Position numbers and translations under genes: made by a program. Shown in pieces: positions 1 to 9,277 of a stretch of 64,000 nt of DNA. The DNA comes from Acidimicrobiaceae bacterium. Lineage in GTDB: Bacteria > Actinomycetota > Acidimicrobiia > Acidimicrobiales > Bog-793. The stretch's first letter is position 1, and each line of letters begins with the position of its first letter. The notes beneath the pieces were generated by a model, which ran no database searches, was not told where the DNA came from, and saw only the letters and a list, made by a program, of their open reading frames with translations. The stretch spans positions 1,773-65,772 of the forward strand of contig DAHUXW010000089.1 of NCBI GenBank assembly GCA_027306925.1, given 5' to 3'.

Positions 1-78
1 CGCGAGCGCCTTGATCGCCATCTCGACGCCGGCGCAGAAGCCGCGCGGCTCCGCGAGCAGGACACGGTCGACCTTCAC
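1..78 (-). CDS. ispH: IspH/LytB (4-hydroxy-3-methylbut-2-enyl diphosphate reductase), N-terminal 26 codons; gene runs off the window start
   Basis: Reverse-strand translation from GTG at 78 gives VKVDRVLLAEPRGFCAGVEMAIKALA. PRGFCAGV is the hallmark first Cys motif of IspH. It is absent from the ORF track because it is truncated. Confidence 0.6.
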   Translation of the reverse strand, partial: MKVDRVLLAEPRGFCAGVEMAIKALA

Positions 79-110
79 GGCTGACAGGGTAGTAGCGGTA
101 GCATGGGGAC

Positions 111-1502
111 GTGCCGTTTCCGCAGGTCGTCGTCGTCGCGCCCGCGTCCGCGGCGGCGAGGGCGGGCGTGCTCGTGGGCGACGAGATCCGATCGATGAAC
201 GGCGCGGTGCCCCGGGACGTCATCGAGTACCAGGTCCTCGCCGACGAGGCGGTCGTCGAGCTGGAGGTCGCCCGCGGCGGGCTCGTCCTCGAGCTGCACG
301 CGGCGAAGCACGCCGGCGAGCCGCTCGGCATCGAGGTCTCGTCGGCGGTCTTCGACCGCATCCGCACGTGCGACAACCACTGTGAGTTCTGCTTCATCTA
401 CCAGCTCCCGAAGGGGATGCGCCGGAGCCTCTACGTGAAGGACGACGACTACCGCCTGTCGTTCCTCTATGGGAACTTCACGACGCTCACGCGCTTCACC
501 GAGCTCGACCTCGAGCGGGTCGTCACGGAGCGCCTCTCGCCGCTCAACGTCTCGATCCACGCTACGGACCCGGACGTCCGGGCGCGCATGCTCCGCAACA
601 GCCGCGGCGCGACGAGCCTACGCTGGCTGCGCGCGCTCCTCGACCACGGGATCGAGGTGCACGGCCAGATCGTCGTCTGCCCCGGCGTGAACGACGGCGC
701 GGTCCTCCACGACACGCTCGCGGGGATGCTCGAGCGGTTCCCGGAGCTGGCGAGCGCGGCGGCGGTCCCTCTCGGCGTGAGCAAGTTCTCGAACGAGCCA
801 GCGATGCGCCCGCACACCCGTGAGGAAGCCGGGGCGGTGCTCGACGCGGTGGAGGAGTGGCAGGACCGTTTCCGTCGCGCCCTCGGCAGGCCGCTCGTCC
901 ACGCGTCCGACGAGTACTACCTGCTCGCAGGGCGCGACGTACCGGCGGCTGCGAGCTACGAGGGATTCCCGCAGCACGAGAACGGGATCGGGATGGTCGC
1001 GGCGTTCGCCCGGGCGTTCGAGTCAGGACGCGCGGTCGCGTTTACAGGGCACGGGGGCTTCTTCCAGAGCGTCGACGGCGCGCCGGCCGAGGGCTACCGG
1101 GCGACGCGTGCGACCCCCGTCGCGTTCCGGGCGCGGACGCCCCGCGGTACCCGCCCGGTCACGGTCGTGACCGGGGAGTACGGTGGCGGGGTGCTCCGTC
1201 CACTGCTCGCGGGAGCGGGACGCGACGACGTCGAGATCTTGGTGGTACGGAACGACTACTTCGGTGGCACGACCGCAGTCGCGGGCCTGCTCACCGGAAC
1301 GGACCTCCTCTCGGCCCTGTCGGGCGCCGATCCGGGTCGCCGCTACCTGCTCCCGGACGTCTGCCTGAACGACGGGCGCTTCCTCGACGGGCTCACGCCG
1401 ACGGACCTACCCGTGGACGTGGAGATCGTCGAGACCGACGGGGCGGCCCTGCGCCGCGCGATCGGGGCACGACGCCTCGAGCCGGTCGGGGCCTCGCGAT
1501 GA
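111..1502 (+). CDS. Radical SAM protein with N-terminal PDZ domain (DUF512 family)
   Basis: 463-aa ORF. PDZ-like GVLVGDEIRSMNG, a CDNHCEFCF radical-SAM CxxxCxxC motif, then YVKDDDYRLSFLYGNFTTLT typical of DUF512. Stop overlaps the der start (ATGA). Confidence 0.85.
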   Translation: MPFPQVVVVAPASAAARAGVLVGDEIRSMNGAVPRDVIEYQVLADEAVVELEVARGGLVLELHAAKHAGEPLGIEVSSAVFDRIRTCDNHCEFCFIYQLPKGMRRSLYVKDDDYRLSFLYGNFTTLTRFTELDLERVVTERLSPLNVSIHATDPDVRARMLRNSRGATSLRWLRALLDHGIEVHGQIVVCPGVNDGAVLHDTLAGMLERFPELASAAAVPLGVSKFSNEPAMRPHTREEAGAVLDAVEEWQDRFRRALGRPLVHASDEYYLLAGRDVPAAASYEGFPQHENGIGMVAAFARAFESGRAVAFTGHGGFFQSVDGAPAEGYRATRATPVAFRARTPRGTRPVTVVTGEYGGGVLRPLLAGAGRDDVEILVVRNDYFGGTTAVAGLLTGTDLLSALSGADPGRRYLLPDVCLNDGRFLDGLTPTDLPVDVEIVETDGAALRRAIGARRLEPVGASR

Positions 1503-3043
1503 CGCCGGCCCCGGCACCGGCGCCGCGTCCCGTCGGCACGAGCCCCGACGTGGTGGATCTCGCGGCCGCCACCGAGGCTTCGGGAGTCGCGGGCCCGATG
1601 CTCGCGGGCCCGATGGTCGCGGGCGCCGCCGTCGCGGGCGTGGCAGGGTCGGACGCGGTCGGCGGCGGTCCGACGGCTAGTGCGCGGCTTCCCGTCGTGG
1701 TCGTCGCAGGGCGCCCGAACGTCGGCAAGTCGACGCTCGTGAACCGCATCGTGGGGCGTCGCGTCGCGATCGTCGAGGAGCACCCCGGCGTCACCCGGGA
1801 CCGGCTCGAGCTCACCGCGGACTGGCGCGGGCGATCGTTCGTCGTGGTCGACACGGGCGGGGTCGTCGAGCAGGGGGACATGCTCGACGCGAAGGTCACG
1901 CAGCAGGCGCTCCGCGCGGTGAAGGACGCGGACGTCGTGCTCTTCGTTCTCGACGCGACGACGGGTCCGACCGGCGAGGACGAGATCGTCGCGTCGCGGC
2001 TGCGGCGCGTTGCGGACCGGGTCCTCGTCGTCGCGAACAAGGTGGACTCGGACCGCCAGGAGCCCGAGGCATGGGACCTCTTCCGCCTCGGGCTCGGCGA
2101 GCCGGTGCTCGTGAGCGCGATCCACGGGCGCGGGGTCGGCGACCTGCTCGACCGCGTCGTCGGCCGGATCCCGGAACAGGTCGCGGCAGCCGACGGCGTC
2201 TCCGCCGTGCCGGCGACGGCTCGGGGCGACGGTAGCGGGCGAAACATCCCGGGTTCGGCCGGGCGGCTCGAGATCGCCGCAGTCGCGATCGTCGGGCGGC
2301 CCAACGTGGGGAAGTCGACGCTGTTCAATCGCCTCGTCGGGGACGAGCGCAGCGTGGTGCACGACGTGGCCGGGACGACGCGCGACGCGATCGACACCCT
2401 CGTCGAGACCGACGAGGGCCCGGTGCGCTTCATCGACACGGCCGGACTCCGGCGCAAGTCGCGCATCGGGTCCGGGAGCGAGTACTACTCGCTCGTGCGC
2501 TCGCTTGCGGCGATCGACCGTGCTGACGTGGCGCTGCTCGTCGTCGACGCGGTCGAGGGCGTCACGCACCAGGAGCAACGACTCGCCGAGCGCGTCGACG
2601 CCGCGGGCAGCCCGATCGTCATCGTGTTGAACAAGTGGGACCTGTGCGACACCGAGCGCCGGCTCGCCGTCGCGGCCGAGGTCGATGACCGGCTGTCGTT
2701 CCTCAGCTACGCACCGGTGCTCCGGGTCTCGGCTGCGAGCGGGTCGGGAGTCCACCGTCTCGTCCCGACGCTGCGCACGGCGATCGACGCGTACCACGAG
2801 CGGATCCCGACCGGCCAGCTGAACGACGCGCTGAAGGCGGCGCAGTCCGCGCACCCGTCCCCGACGGGTCGTGTGCTCTACGCGGTGCAGGGCGCGATCG
2901 ACCCGCCGACGATCACGCTGTTCGCGAGCGCGCGGATCCACGCGAGCTACCTCCGCTACCTGGAGCACTACCTGCGGGACCGGTTCGCGCTCGGACCGAC
3001 TCCGCTGAAGCTCCGCGTGCGCCTGAGAGGGAAGTCGTCGTGA
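1499..3043 (+). CDS. der: Ribosome-associated GTPase Der/EngA (two GTPase domains plus KH-like C-terminus)
   Basis: In-frame ATG at 1499 within the 857..3043 ORF. Two P-loops GRPNVGKSTL (twice), DTGG/DTAGLR and NKVD/NKWD motifs. The upstream part of the ORF is Arg-rich shadow sequence. Confidence 0.9.
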   Translation: MTPAPAPAPRPVGTSPDVVDLAAATEASGVAGPMLAGPMVAGAAVAGVAGSDAVGGGPTASARLPVVVVAGRPNVGKSTLVNRIVGRRVAIVEEHPGVTRDRLELTADWRGRSFVVVDTGGVVEQGDMLDAKVTQQALRAVKDADVVLFVLDATTGPTGEDEIVASRLRRVADRVLVVANKVDSDRQEPEAWDLFRLGLGEPVLVSAIHGRGVGDLLDRVVGRIPEQVAAADGVSAVPATARGDGSGRNIPGSAGRLEIAAVAIVGRPNVGKSTLFNRLVGDERSVVHDVAGTTRDAIDTLVETDEGPVRFIDTAGLRRKSRIGSGSEYYSLVRSLAAIDRADVALLVVDAVEGVTHQEQRLAERVDAAGSPIVIVLNKWDLCDTERRLAVAAEVDDRLSFLSYAPVLRVSAASGSGVHRLVPTLRTAIDAYHERIPTGQLNDALKAAQSAHPSPTGRVLYAVQGAIDPPTITLFASARIHASYLRYLEHYLRDRFALGPTPLKLRVRLRGKSS

Positions 3044-3219
3044 CGGCCGCACGCGAGACGCCGGACCCCGGTCCGGACTCCGGCGGCGTGGACGACGAGG
3101 ACGCGGCGCCGCCGGCACCGTGGCACTTCAAGGTGCTGCTCGTCGCGACGGCCCTCTACCTCGTATACCGGCTCGTGTGGCTCGTGTTCTGGCTCGCGGG
3201 ACACGCCTGGCACGGCTGA
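3040..3219 (+). CDS. Small (59 aa) predicted membrane protein, translationally coupled to der
   Basis: GTG at 3040 overlaps the der TGA (GTGA). Product is VTAARETPDPGPDSGGVDDEDAAPPAPWHFKVLLVATALYLVYRLVWLVFWLAGHAWHG. Third-codon positions are strongly G/C and there is one hydrophobic helix. Below the ORF-track size cut-off. Confidence 0.5.
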   Translation: MTAARETPDPGPDSGGVDDEDAAPPAPWHFKVLLVATALYLVYRLVWLVFWLAGHAWHG

Positions 3220-3266
3220 GCGACGGGGGAGGAGGGGCGCCCGGCGCGGCTACGATGCCGGTCGTA

Positions 3267-3341
3267 CGGGCTGTGGCGCAGCTTGGTTAGCGCGCTTGAC
3301 TGGGGGTCAAGAGGTCCCGGGTTCAAATCCCGGCAGCCCGA
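3267..3341 (+). tRNA. tRNA-Pro (anticodon GGG)
   Basis: Manual cloverleaf. Acceptor CGGGCTG/CAGCCCG, D stem GCGC/GCGC, anticodon stem CTTGA/TCAAG with loop CTGGGGG (anticodon GGG, G37), T stem CCGGG/CCCGG with loop TTCAAAT, discriminator A. CCA is not encoded. Confidence 0.9.
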
Positions 3342-3486
3342 CTCAACACCGCGGTTCTGGGGCCAGAGAGCCACCCGCTCCGCGCGGCGCGACGAAGTGA
3401 GGGCCCGGTGGTTCTCGCCGCGGCTCGGGAGCACGCGGCGCCCATCCCATGGCTCCCCAGCGCTCCGCACGGGAGCAGGCGGTCGG

Positions 3487-3942
3487 CTACGCCTGCGTGC
3501 TTCCCTCGATCACGGCACGCACCGCGGACACGATCTCCGGATCATCGGCGAGGGCGAACTGGTCGCTCAGCCACCCGCCTGCGAGCACTCCGCGCACCCG
3601 ACGCGGAGACCCGTCGGCCAGGCGCAGGAAGTCGCCGAGGACGCCGGCCCTCGCGAGCACGACGAACGGATCGGGGTCCCATCCGCCACTGGCGAGCACG
3701 AGCCGGATCTCCCCGATCGAGAGTGGCGAGTCGACCCACTGCGACAGCCAGGTCACGATCGTGCCGGCGCGGCGACCTCCCGCTATGTACGCCATCCGCT
3801 CCTCCTCCTCGGCGACGACCGCGAGCACGTCCGCGACACGCCCGACCCAGCCGTGTTCACGGATCAGTGCCTCGATCACGCTCGAGTGGACGCTCGCCTC
3901 CCAGTCGGCGTGGCGCGCGAGCGTCTCGGCAACCTCGGCCAT
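3487..3942 (-). CDS. Hypothetical protein (151 aa from ATG 3942; the ORF is open to 4029)
   Basis: ORF 3487..4029. Third-position G/C rises sharply after the internal ATG at 3942 (MAEVAETLARHADWEAS...). No recognisable motif. Confidence 0.5.
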   Translation of the reverse strand: MAEVAETLARHADWEASVHSSVIEALIREHGWVGRVADVLAVVAEEEERMAYIAGGRRAGTIVTWLSQWVDSPLSIGEIRLVLASGGWDPDPFVVLARAGVLGDFLRLADGSPRRVRGVLAGGWLSDQFALADDPEIVSAVRAVIEGSTQA

Positions 3943-4320
3943 CGTCGGTTCGTGAGCGACGGCGCGAGGTGGCGGTGTCGCAGTCCCGGCCGTGCCGCGC
4001 TCGCTTCGTCGTGCCCGGCCCTGTGGCATCGCCGGTCATCCTCCTCGCCGGGCGCGAGCGCCCGACCGTGGAGACTGTTGCGCTTCCTGCCTTCCGGAGG
4101 CTAGGGGCGAAGGTCCCTTCAGTTGACCGGCTCACACACCACTCGTTGGGACTCAACTCGGACCGGCGTCCGCAACGTGGAGTCGACCCCGCGTGTGCGA
4201 CGCGTAGCCATACTGCGTAAAGTCGGCGATCGGCTTCACGTGTGGACCTCCGTCACGCGCTCCTCGGGCTGTTGGACGAAGCCGAGCTCGACCTGACCTC
4301 GGCCCAGGTCGTCCTTCGAT

Positions 4321-4614
4321 GTGCGAGGCGTCCCCCGCAGGTCGATCGGCGGGAACGTGCAGACCCCGTCGTCGGTCGCCCGCCGCAACGAGCTCGACTC
4401 GGAGTCGATCTCGCTCGCAGCGGTCGTGCTCGGCCTCGTCGCGTGGCTCGCGTGTCGGCCGTCTGGGTGGAGCGAGGACCACGTGATCGGACTCCTCGCG
4501 CTCCCGTGGGTCGCCGTCGTCCTCTACGGGAACGTGCTCGACCACGCCAGATCGAACCCCGCCTCGAAGCAGCTAGCCGTCCGTTTGAACACGCCCCGCC
4601 CGCCGGTGCGGTGA
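4321..4614 (+). CDS. Hypothetical small membrane protein (two predicted TM segments)
   Basis: 97-aa ORF with about 90% G/C at third positions. Hydrophobic stretches ISLAAVVLGLVAWLA and VIGLLALPWVAVVLYG. The start is uncertain (alternative GTG at 4357). Confidence 0.4.
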   Translation: MRGVPRRSIGGNVQTPSSVARRNELDSESISLAAVVLGLVAWLACRPSGWSEDHVIGLLALPWVAVVLYGNVLDHARSNPASKQLAVRLNTPRPPVR

Positions 4615-5429
4615 CAATCGGGCCGCAGGTGCACGTGACCGCGAGCGTGCGGCACCGGAAGGAGCGCGCGACCCACGTCGCCGCGATCTCGGCGGCGGCG
4701 GGGGGAGGGGGGGCCTCGCCGCACAGCTCGTGGCATTCGAGACCGCCACGGCGCAGCTGAGCGCCCTTCGGAGCGGACGGAGCCGGAACCGGCCGGTCTG
4801 CGCCGCGACGCCGCAGCTGCGCCACGCGTTCGGGACAAGCCGGTCTGACATCGACCCGGATGCGGTCGCGCTCATCTCCCGGCCCGGGTTGTCGGGCGTC
4901 TCGGACCTCGACCACGATGCGGCGGCGGACGACGACGAGGAGTGGGCGGTGTAGCGCCCTCGGCGTGCTCTGCCGCGACTCCCCGCCTCGAACGAGCCGC
5001 TCGCGGCCGAGTCGGAGAATGTCCGGCCAGCCTCGTCCGCGCGCGTCCCCTGGACGATGTTCTCCGGGATCGTGATCGCCCCCGGGCGCTCGCATGTCGG
5101 TCGGGCTGGCCCGGAGCGACACGGCCGGCGACCGGCACGCTCTCTGCGACCGGTGCCTCCGGCCGCACGCGTCGAGCGGTCACGGCCGTGACCGCCGGCA
5201 CGCTCGGCGTCGTCGGAGCGCTTCTCGGATCGGTCGGCGGCAGCGTCGCGATGACCGCATAGCTGCGCGGCAACTCGCTGAACGGAGGGATCGGGTCGCT
5301 CGGCAACGTGCCGATCGTGGACCGCCTCGTCCCCCTGCCCGCAATGCCCGGGTTCGCGGCGTCGGCCGGCTGGCTGCTCGCCGGACGGGACCCGGCAGTG
5401 ATCGCGCGCCAGGCGATCGAGTGACCCGG

Positions 5430-6182
5430 TCAGGCTCTCGGGTGCAGCGTCGCGACTCCGCCTCCCGGCGCCGTGGCCTCGTAGCCGGTGAGCACCGTCG
5501 CGAGCACGACGACGGACCCCCCGTCGTGTGCGCCCCGTAGACCTCGACTCGCGCGTCGGCCTGGCCGCTCGGGATCGAACCCGAGAGGCGCGCGGCGCGG
5601 CCGTAGGCCACGGTCGCGGCCGACGCGGCGAGTGTCGGCCCCGGCGTCGTGAACGTCGCGTCGCCCCCGTAGCTCGTACCGCCGGGCCCGCTCGGCGCGA
5701 GGCGGAAGTGGTACGTCGTGCCCGGTGAGAGGCCCGACATTGCGCTCGACACGGCGACCGACGCGGACTCGTGGCCGGCCCGGCGCTCGCCCGTCTTCGT
5801 GCCGTGCCCGACGGTCGTGCCGTACTCGAAGTACCAGCTCGTCGCGGTTCCGCTCGGGTCGACGCTCCCGGCGAGCACCGAGCCCGACAGCGTGACCGAG
5901 CTCGCCGGGCCGGTGACTGCGGTGGGAGGGGAGGCGGGCGGCGCCGTCGTGCTCGTCGTGGAGGTGCTCGTCGTGGTCGTGGTCGTGGACGGCGTGGTCG
6001 TGCTCGTCGGCGCGGGCACGGTGTCGCCGGCGGGCGCCGCCGCTGGCGCTGATGCCGCCGCGGGCGCGGTGCTCACGAGCAGCGCCCCCGTGAGCAGGGA
6101 CGGCGCGAGGGCGACTCCGACGTGGCGCGTGTCGCCAATACACCACGGCAGTGTGGGTCGACCATGACGAAGCTGTGATCAT
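5430..6182 (-). pseudogene. Secreted Thr/Pro-rich protein with Fn3/PKD-like repeat (WYFEYGTT...TTYHFRL); reading frame interrupted
   Basis: Good coding signal in ORF 5180..6076 (signal-peptide-like RHVGVALAPSLLTGALLVSTAPAAASA just upstream of its annotated start, Thr-rich linker, SWYFEYGTTVGHG...GLSPGTTYHFRL). After VEVYGAH the frame degrades. A sensible C-terminus (SVVVLATVLTGYEATAPGGGVATLHPRA) continues in the frame of ORF 5430..6182, across a C6/G6 homopolymer at 5517..5522. No canonical in-frame start precedes the signal peptide. Confidence 0.45.
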
Positions 6183-6273
6183 CGCGCGAGGTCGCCGGTC
6201 ACGACCGAGGTCGCCGCCGGGGCGACGTCGGTGCGCCGCTCGTCGCCGCCCGTACCCGTCGCCCGCACCCCGA

Positions 6274-6299
6274 GCCCGTCGCCCGTCGCCCGTCGCCCG
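6274..6299. repeat. Heptanucleotide microsatellite (GCCCGTC) x3 plus a partial copy, intergenic
   Basis: Direct reading of 6274..6299. Related ACCCGTC/GCCCGCA copies lie just upstream. Confidence 0.8.
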
Positions 6300-6323
6300 G
6301 CAGAGCGCACGGCGCGCGCTCGG

Positions 6324-7379
6324 TCAGCGCGCAGACATCGTGACGAAGTCACGCGAGTAGGCGGCCTCGAAGAAGCGAGCGGGCGTCTGCTCCATCGTCG
6401 GGATCAGGTCGACGCCGTTCGCGGGCGTGGCCTCGCCGTTCGGCGACGCGGGTGCGTAGGACGCGAACACCGGCCACAGCGGGTTCATGTCGAGGACCAT
6501 CGCCCGCACGGCGCCCGCGCGCACGAGGACGCGAGCGAGGTCGACGATCGTCATCGGTCCCGAGACGTAGACGAGCGCGCCGTCCGCAGCGACTCCGAGC
6601 GCGGACCTCGGCGTGTTCGGCACGGCGCCGAGGCTCGCCCCCCACGCGATCGTGTCGGCGGCGTCGAGGCCCGCCACCGGTCGCCCGTGGTCCACGAGCA
6701 GCGTGAGGTTCTGGCGCACCGCGACGACGCTCGGGGTCATCGACACGTCGCGGCCCCACGCGCCGACCGTCGCGCGCCCGTCGCGGTAGATGACGAGCGA
6801 TGCGGCGCCCGCGCGCAGCGGCGCCACGAGATGGCCTTCACTCAGGTACCCGCCGGCCGAGTCCTTGAGCAGGAATCCGCCAGAGAATGCAGCGACGAGA
6901 GAGCGGGCGGCCCCGGGCGAGATCGGCGCCGTGTAGTGCCAGAACAACCCGCCGGGGGAGAGGCTGCCCGAGTAGAGGCGGGCGCGCAGCAGGCGAGGGT
7001 CCATCCACGCGACGCCGGCGAGCGTCGTGGGGGCGTCTGGAAGCCGGAGCGTCGTGGTGTAGATCGCGGTGAGCCCGACGACACGACGGCCGGCCGGCCG
7101 CCATGCCCCTTCGCCCGGGACCGCGGGCACGAGGAAGCTCGCGAGCGGTGGAGGTGCCGCGAGCGGCGTGAGCCGTCCGGCCGGCCGATCGGACGGTCCT
7201 TGCCCGGCGAGCCCTCGGGCGACGACGTGGGCGAGCGCCTGGGCGCTCGCGGCCGGCGCTCGTGCGGCCCGCGCGACGACGCGGATGCCGGGCACGGGCG
7301 TCGCGCTCGACACGATCCCCGAACCGAGTGCGACGCCGGCCGCGAGGAGCCCGGCGATCGCGAGGGGCCGACTGCTCAT
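6324..7379 (-). CDS. Phosphodiester glycosidase family protein (DUF2233/NAGPA-like), secreted
   Basis: ORF 6324..7490. The internal ATG at 7379 gives MSSRPLAIAGLLAAGVALG (signal peptide). The C-terminal part (GGYLSEG..., NLTLLVDHGRPV, GAVPNTPRSALGV, GPMTIVDLARVLVRAGAVRAMVLDMN) is typical of the family. Confidence 0.7.
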   Translation of the reverse strand: MSSRPLAIAGLLAAGVALGSGIVSSATPVPGIRVVARAARAPAASAQALAHVVARGLAGQGPSDRPAGRLTPLAAPPPLASFLVPAVPGEGAWRPAGRRVVGLTAIYTTTLRLPDAPTTLAGVAWMDPRLLRARLYSGSLSPGGLFWHYTAPISPGAARSLVAAFSGGFLLKDSAGGYLSEGHLVAPLRAGAASLVIYRDGRATVGAWGRDVSMTPSVVAVRQNLTLLVDHGRPVAGLDAADTIAWGASLGAVPNTPRSALGVAADGALVYVSGPMTIVDLARVLVRAGAVRAMVLDMNPLWPVFASYAPASPNGEATPANGVDLIPTMEQTPARFFEAAYSRDFVTMSAR

Positions 7380-7514
7380 CGCGCCGCCCGGCGCGCGGTC
7401 TTCGCGCTCACGGCCCGATGGTGTCGGACGTTCCTGTGCGTCCGCCGTGGCGACCATGAGGAGAAGCTCACGTTCACGATAAGGCGCCACCCGTGGAGCG
7501 GTATCGTCTGGCCG

Positions 7515-9239
7515 ATGAGGATGTCCCGGCTGTTCGGCACGACCCTTCGTGAGGCTCCGGGCGGCGCGGACGCGGTGAGCCAGCAGCTGCTGCTGCGAGC
7601 CGGCTACCTGCGCCAGCTCGGTCAGGGAATCTTCTCCTACCTACCGCTCGGATTGCGCGTGATCCGCCGCATCGAGGCGGTCCTTCGCGAGGAGATGGAC
7701 GGCGCCGGCGGCGTCGAGCTCTCACTCCCGGTGGTGCACCCCGCCGAGATCTGGCGCCAGAGCGGACGGTGGGACTCGGTCGGGCCCGAGCTCGCGAGGT
7801 TGAAGGACCGGCGCGACCGCGACCTCGTGCTCGCGATGACGCACGAGGAGGTCGTCGCGACGCTCGCCGCGACCGAGACCCGCTCATGGCGGGACCTCCC
7901 GAGGCTCGTCTACCAGATCCAGCTGAAGTTCCGTGACGACCCACGCCCGCGCGCCGGCCTCGTCCGGGCACGCGAGTTCACGATGAAGGACGCGTACAGC
8001 CTGGACCGCGACGGCGCGGGCCTCGACGTGCAGTACGCGCGCATGCACGCCGCCTACACCGCGATCTACGACCGCTGCGGACTCCCCTCGCTCGCGGTCG
8101 GTGCGGACGTCGGGATGATGGGGGGCTCGGGCGCGCACGAGTTCATGTACCTCACGCCGATCGGCGAGGACACGCTCGTGCTCTGCGACCACTGTGGCTA
8201 CGCGCAGAACCGCCAGGTGGCGGTCGTCGCGACCGAGACTCCGCCACCCGAGGCCATGATGGACGTCGAGCGCGTCGAGACGCCGGGCGCCTCGACCATC
8301 GAGCTGCTCACCCGCGCGCTCGGCATCCCCGCCGAGCGCACCGCGAAGGTCGTGTTCCTCGCGGCCACCGTCCCCGGCCACCGCGATGCGGTGCCGGTCG
8401 TCGCGGTCGTGCGCGGGGACACCGACGTGAACGAGACGAAGGTCGCGAACTTGCTCGGCGCGACGGACCTGCGGCCGATGGTCGACGAGGAGATCACCGC
8501 GATCGGGTGCGTGGCGGGTTACGCCTCGCCCGTCGGCCTCGACGGCGCGGCGCGCGTGGTCGTCGACCCGCTCGTGGCCGGATCGCAGAACCTCGTCGCC
8601 GGAGCGAACGAGGTGGACGTGCACCTTCGCAACGTGAACGTCGGTCGGGACTTCGCGCCGGACGTCGTCGCGGACATCGTCGCGGCGAAGGACGGCGACC
8701 CGTGCTCGGTGTGCGGGTCGCCGGTGCGGACGGCGCGCGGCGTCGAGGTCGGGAACATCTTCAAGCTCGGCACGAAGTACGCCGTCGCGATGGGCGCCTC
8801 CTATCTCGGCGAGGACGGCCAGGAGCACCCTGTGGTCATGGGCTCGTACGGAATCGGCGTGGGCCGCCTCATGGCGTGCGTCGCAGAGGAGCACCACGAC
8901 GATCGCGGCCTGTGCTGGCCGGCGAGCATCGCGCCGTTCGCGGTGCACGTGTGCGTGATCGGGGACGACGTCCGCGACGACGCCGAGGCGCTGTACGCGG
9001 AGCTCGCGGCCGCGGGGATCGACGCCCTTCTCGACGACCGGGGGGAGCGTCCCGGCGTGCAGTTCGCGGACGCCGACCTGAGCGGCGTGCCGTTCCGGCT
9101 CGTCGTGTCCTCACGGGCGAGATCGGCCGGCGGCGTCGAGGCCCGGCGCCGCTCCGGGGGCGACGCGCTGGTCGTCGCGCGCGACGCGGTGGTGGGCTGG
9201 GTGCGCGACGAGCTCGTGGCGGCGCCGACGCGACGCTGA
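7515..9239 (+). CDS. proS: Proline--tRNA ligase (bacterial type with INS editing domain)
   Basis: In-frame ATG at 7515 (MRMSRLFGTTLREAPGGADAVSQQLLLRAGYLRQLGQGIFSYLPLG...). Class II motifs (FRDDPRPRAGLVRAREFTMKDAYS; GSYGIGVGRLMA). The upstream part of ORF 6231..9239 is shadow sequence. Confidence 0.9.
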   Translation: MRMSRLFGTTLREAPGGADAVSQQLLLRAGYLRQLGQGIFSYLPLGLRVIRRIEAVLREEMDGAGGVELSLPVVHPAEIWRQSGRWDSVGPELARLKDRRDRDLVLAMTHEEVVATLAATETRSWRDLPRLVYQIQLKFRDDPRPRAGLVRAREFTMKDAYSLDRDGAGLDVQYARMHAAYTAIYDRCGLPSLAVGADVGMMGGSGAHEFMYLTPIGEDTLVLCDHCGYAQNRQVAVVATETPPPEAMMDVERVETPGASTIELLTRALGIPAERTAKVVFLAATVPGHRDAVPVVAVVRGDTDVNETKVANLLGATDLRPMVDEEITAIGCVAGYASPVGLDGAARVVVDPLVAGSQNLVAGANEVDVHLRNVNVGRDFAPDVVADIVAAKDGDPCSVCGSPVRTARGVEVGNIFKLGTKYAVAMGASYLGEDGQEHPVVMGSYGIGVGRLMACVAEEHHDDRGLCWPASIAPFAVHVCVIGDDVRDDAEALYAELAAAGIDALLDDRGERPGVQFADADLSGVPFRLVVSSRARSAGGVEARRRSGGDALVVARDAVVGWVRDELVAAPTRR

Positions 9240-9277
9240 CCTGTGCCCGCGCGGCCGGTCCGGGTTATCGTTGCCCC

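Noticed and set aside
3267-6323. Integrated mobile element or prophage remnant at tRNA-Pro.
   Set aside because: I could find no integrase, recombinase or transposase motif and no duplicated tRNA 3' segment. It is kept only as a low-interest note.
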